Below, one piece after another: positions 62,101 to 64,000 of a stretch of 64,000 bases of DNA. Within the stretch, counting starts at the first letter, position 1; every line of letters starts with the position of its first letter. The notes beneath the pieces were generated by a model that saw only the letters and a list, made by a program, of their open reading frames with translations, ran no database searches and had not been told where the DNA came from. Position numbers and translations under genes: made by a program. The stretch spans positions 7,331-71,330 of the forward strand of contig CAWGRT010000007.1 in NCBI GenBank assembly GCA_963825035.1, written 5' to 3'. The stretch comes from Candidatus Krumholzibacteriia bacterium. Its GTDB lineage: Bacteria > Krumholzibacteriota > Krumholzibacteriia > LZORAL124-64-63.

Positions 62101-63870
62101 TCGTCCTGGCTCCACATGTCCTCCAGGACCTCGCCCAGGAGGAAGCGCTGCCAATCCCCGTCGGCCTCGGCGATCACCTGGGCCTTGCCCTCGAGCCAGC
62201 TGCGCTCGCCGACGGCGTAGACCTGGCGCAGCACGCCGTGGTTCCACACGGTCACCAGGATCATGACCGCGGGCCAGACCAGGCGCCGCCGCAGCCCCGC
62301 GCGCTGGGCCAGACCCGGCGCCACCACCCACAGGCCGGCCGTCACCAGGGCCGCCGCCAGCCACGGCCCGTGGGCCGCCCCCGCGGCAATCGCCGTCAGG
62401 GCGCCCGCCGCCGCGGCCGCCAGCAGGCCTCCGCCCAGCCAGGCGGCGCGCCGCTCCCGGGAAGGCCAGCCGCCGCCGGCCACCGCCCGCACCGCCACCA
62501 CCGCCAGGGAGAGGGAGATGAGCATGAGCGCCACGTGCAGGACCCAGAAGGACACGTGCCCCAGGGACACGCCCTCCCCCGCCAGCCGCGGGTTGGCATT
62601 GACGGCCAGCAGCGTCGCCACGCCCCGCAGGCCCAGCAGCACGCCCCCGGCCCCCAGGCCGAAGAGGAGGCCGGCCACCCGGCCCCGCGCCCGCGGGACG
62701 GCGGCGCCGGCCGGGCCGGCCTTCTGGAGGATCTGCCAGACGGTGACCGCCAGCAGCAGGGCCGTCAGCAGCGCATCCGCCGACGAGGCGAACCAACCGC
62801 CCAGGAAGGGCGTGGCGAAATAGGCGGGGTCCACGAGGCTGGCCAGGGTCCCGGGCCGCGCCGGGTGCTCGGCGGCGGGCCAGGCCGCCGCCAGCCACTG
62901 GTGGAACTCGACGGCCGCCAGGAGGCTGCGCCCCAGCCACAGGGGCGCCAGCCACAGGAGGCCGGGCGCGCACACGCGGGTGAATCCCGCCGCCACCAGG
63001 ATCCAGGCGACCAGCAGGGCCACCATCCGCCGAGCCCGTGTGGTGCCGCCCGTGCCGCGGTCCGGGGGCGACGCCGTCAGCAGGGCCACCCGCAGCCCGG
63101 TCTCCTCCGGACCCAGGGATGCCTGGCGGGCGCTGGCCGGCGCGCCGTCCGTCAGCGCGGGCGCCACCTCGGGCCAGAGGCGCCGCCAGCCCTCGCCGCC
63201 CAGGACCACCTGACATTCCAACCGCTGGTCGCCCAGGGGGAAGAACCGGCGGTAGACCAGTTCGCCCCGCGCCGGGACGATCTGCGCCGTGTCCCCCGGC
63301 GCCGGGACGGCCAGGGGCTGTGCGCCCCCGCTCCAGGCCACCCGCTGGCCGCCGTCCCAGACCACCAGGGCCAGGGGCAGGGCATCGTCGACGTGGCCGT
63401 GGGCCGACCAGCGGGCCGGCCAGGCCGCCAGGGCCCGCACACGCTGCCCTCCGTCGGCGGGGAGCAGTTCGGTCGTCACGGACGCGGCGGCGGTGGTGAG
63501 GCGTGCCTCCAGGTGACCCAGGGCCTCGACCGCGGCCGCGGCCTGCCGGGCCTCGGCCCGGGCGCCCACCGCCAGCTGATCACCGCCGCCACCCACCAGC
63601 CCCAACACGGCCACGGCCAGAAGGCACGGACACGCCCACCAAGGTCAGGGCGCGCCACAGGCGCCGGCTGAGGCTGCGTCGGCTGTCGAGGGGACAGAAG
63701 GCCAGGGTCACCGCCAGCAGCAGGGTCAAGGCCAGGAACAGGCCGCGGGCCGGCAGGATCCCCGCCTCGGGGCCGGGGGTCGAGGCCGCCGCCAGGGCGA
63801 GCAGGATGCCCTGCCCCACGAGGCAGCCCGCACCCACCAGCGGCAGGGCCCGCGCCCGCGTGAAGGTCAT
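59135..63870 (-). CDS. Giant (~1570 aa) polytopic NtrY-like sensor histidine kinase (multi-TM N-terminal region - periplasmic-like segments - HAMP - PAS - HisKA - HATPase_c), >=5 frame breaks
   Basis: ATG 63870 preceded by GGGGGA. Many TM helices, e.g. LLVAWILVAAGF, LLTALLLAVTVWQIL, FWVLHVALMLISLSLAVVAV. HAMP: FRPVRLLMAASRSLAAGDYDAPLPEAGRDEVGRLADSFGRM. PAS: RFLATVLDRVTVGVAVIDADGRVAVLNPAG. H-box: ELARQVAHEIKNP (continues in another frame). LRKILGNLMQNSLDAG; DRLFDPYFSTKSAGTGLGLAICRNLADRMGGRITLANR. Frame breaks near 63620, 61560, 59800, 59600 and 59400. Confidence 0.75.
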
Positions 63871-63880
63871 CCGTGTCCCC

Positions 63881-64000
63881 CTAGCCGATGGTGGTGAGCT
63901 CCGTCAGGCGCCAGGTCTCGCCCTGCCGGCTCAGCACGAACACGAGCCTGGTCTCGCGCTGCGCCCCCGAGTCCGGCGCCTGGTGCGTCCACTGGGCCAT
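63881..64000 (-). CDS. Hypothetical protein, C-terminal 39 codons (probably continues beyond window end)
   Basis: Own translation of the minus strand: (M)AQWTHQAPDSGAQRETRLVFVLSRQGETWRLTELTTIG, then TAG at 63881-63883, 10 nt upstream of the kinase start. It is not clear whether the ATG at 63998-64000 is the real start. Confidence 0.3.
   Translation of the reverse strand: MAQWTHQAPDSGAQRETRLVFVLSRQGETWRLTELTTIG

Overview
High-GC (roughly 70 %, judged by eye) bacterial chromosomal window. It is gene-dense, with about 55 protein genes, mostly on the minus strand. I found no rRNA, tRNA, CRISPR array, transposase or integrase.

Gene content, in window order:
- a LysM lipoprotein and dus
- a dockerin-type secreted protein plus a truncated copy of it
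- a GT4 glycosyltransferase / nitrilase-superfamily pair
- a glycogen operon with an embedded two-component system (galT-like -> glgA -> PAS/GAF histidine kinase -> REC -> glgC)
- a ClC channel -> methyltransferase -> polysaccharide deacetylase operon
- an M16 peptidase
- a large GT-C-like membrane protein
- a Gly-rich 15-aa-repeat protein next to an octaheme c-type cytochrome
- a four-subunit 2-oxoacid:ferredoxin oxidoreductase (porGDAB)
- aroB
- a papain-type protease / beta-helix / C-terminal sorting-domain surface protein
- priA
- a c-di-GMP / phosphorelay cluster: REC-GGDEF, then two histidine-kinase-HD-GYP hybrids, each followed by a lone REC
- tsaD, nnr
- a translationally coupled module of unknown function: a ~1570-aa NtrY-like sensor kinase -> DUF4159 -> DUF4175 -> TPR -> GATase1-like protein

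The family repertoire (DUF4159/DUF4175, FlgD/T9SS-like C-terminal domain, dockerin) suggests an FCB-group-like lineage. That is inference only.

Caveat: about half of the genes, including essential ones (priA, tsaD, aroB, porB), are interrupted by single-base frame shifts. My manual count is roughly 60-70, unevenly distributed. These are most likely assembly indels. CDS coordinates below therefore span the reconstructed gene, not a single open frame.
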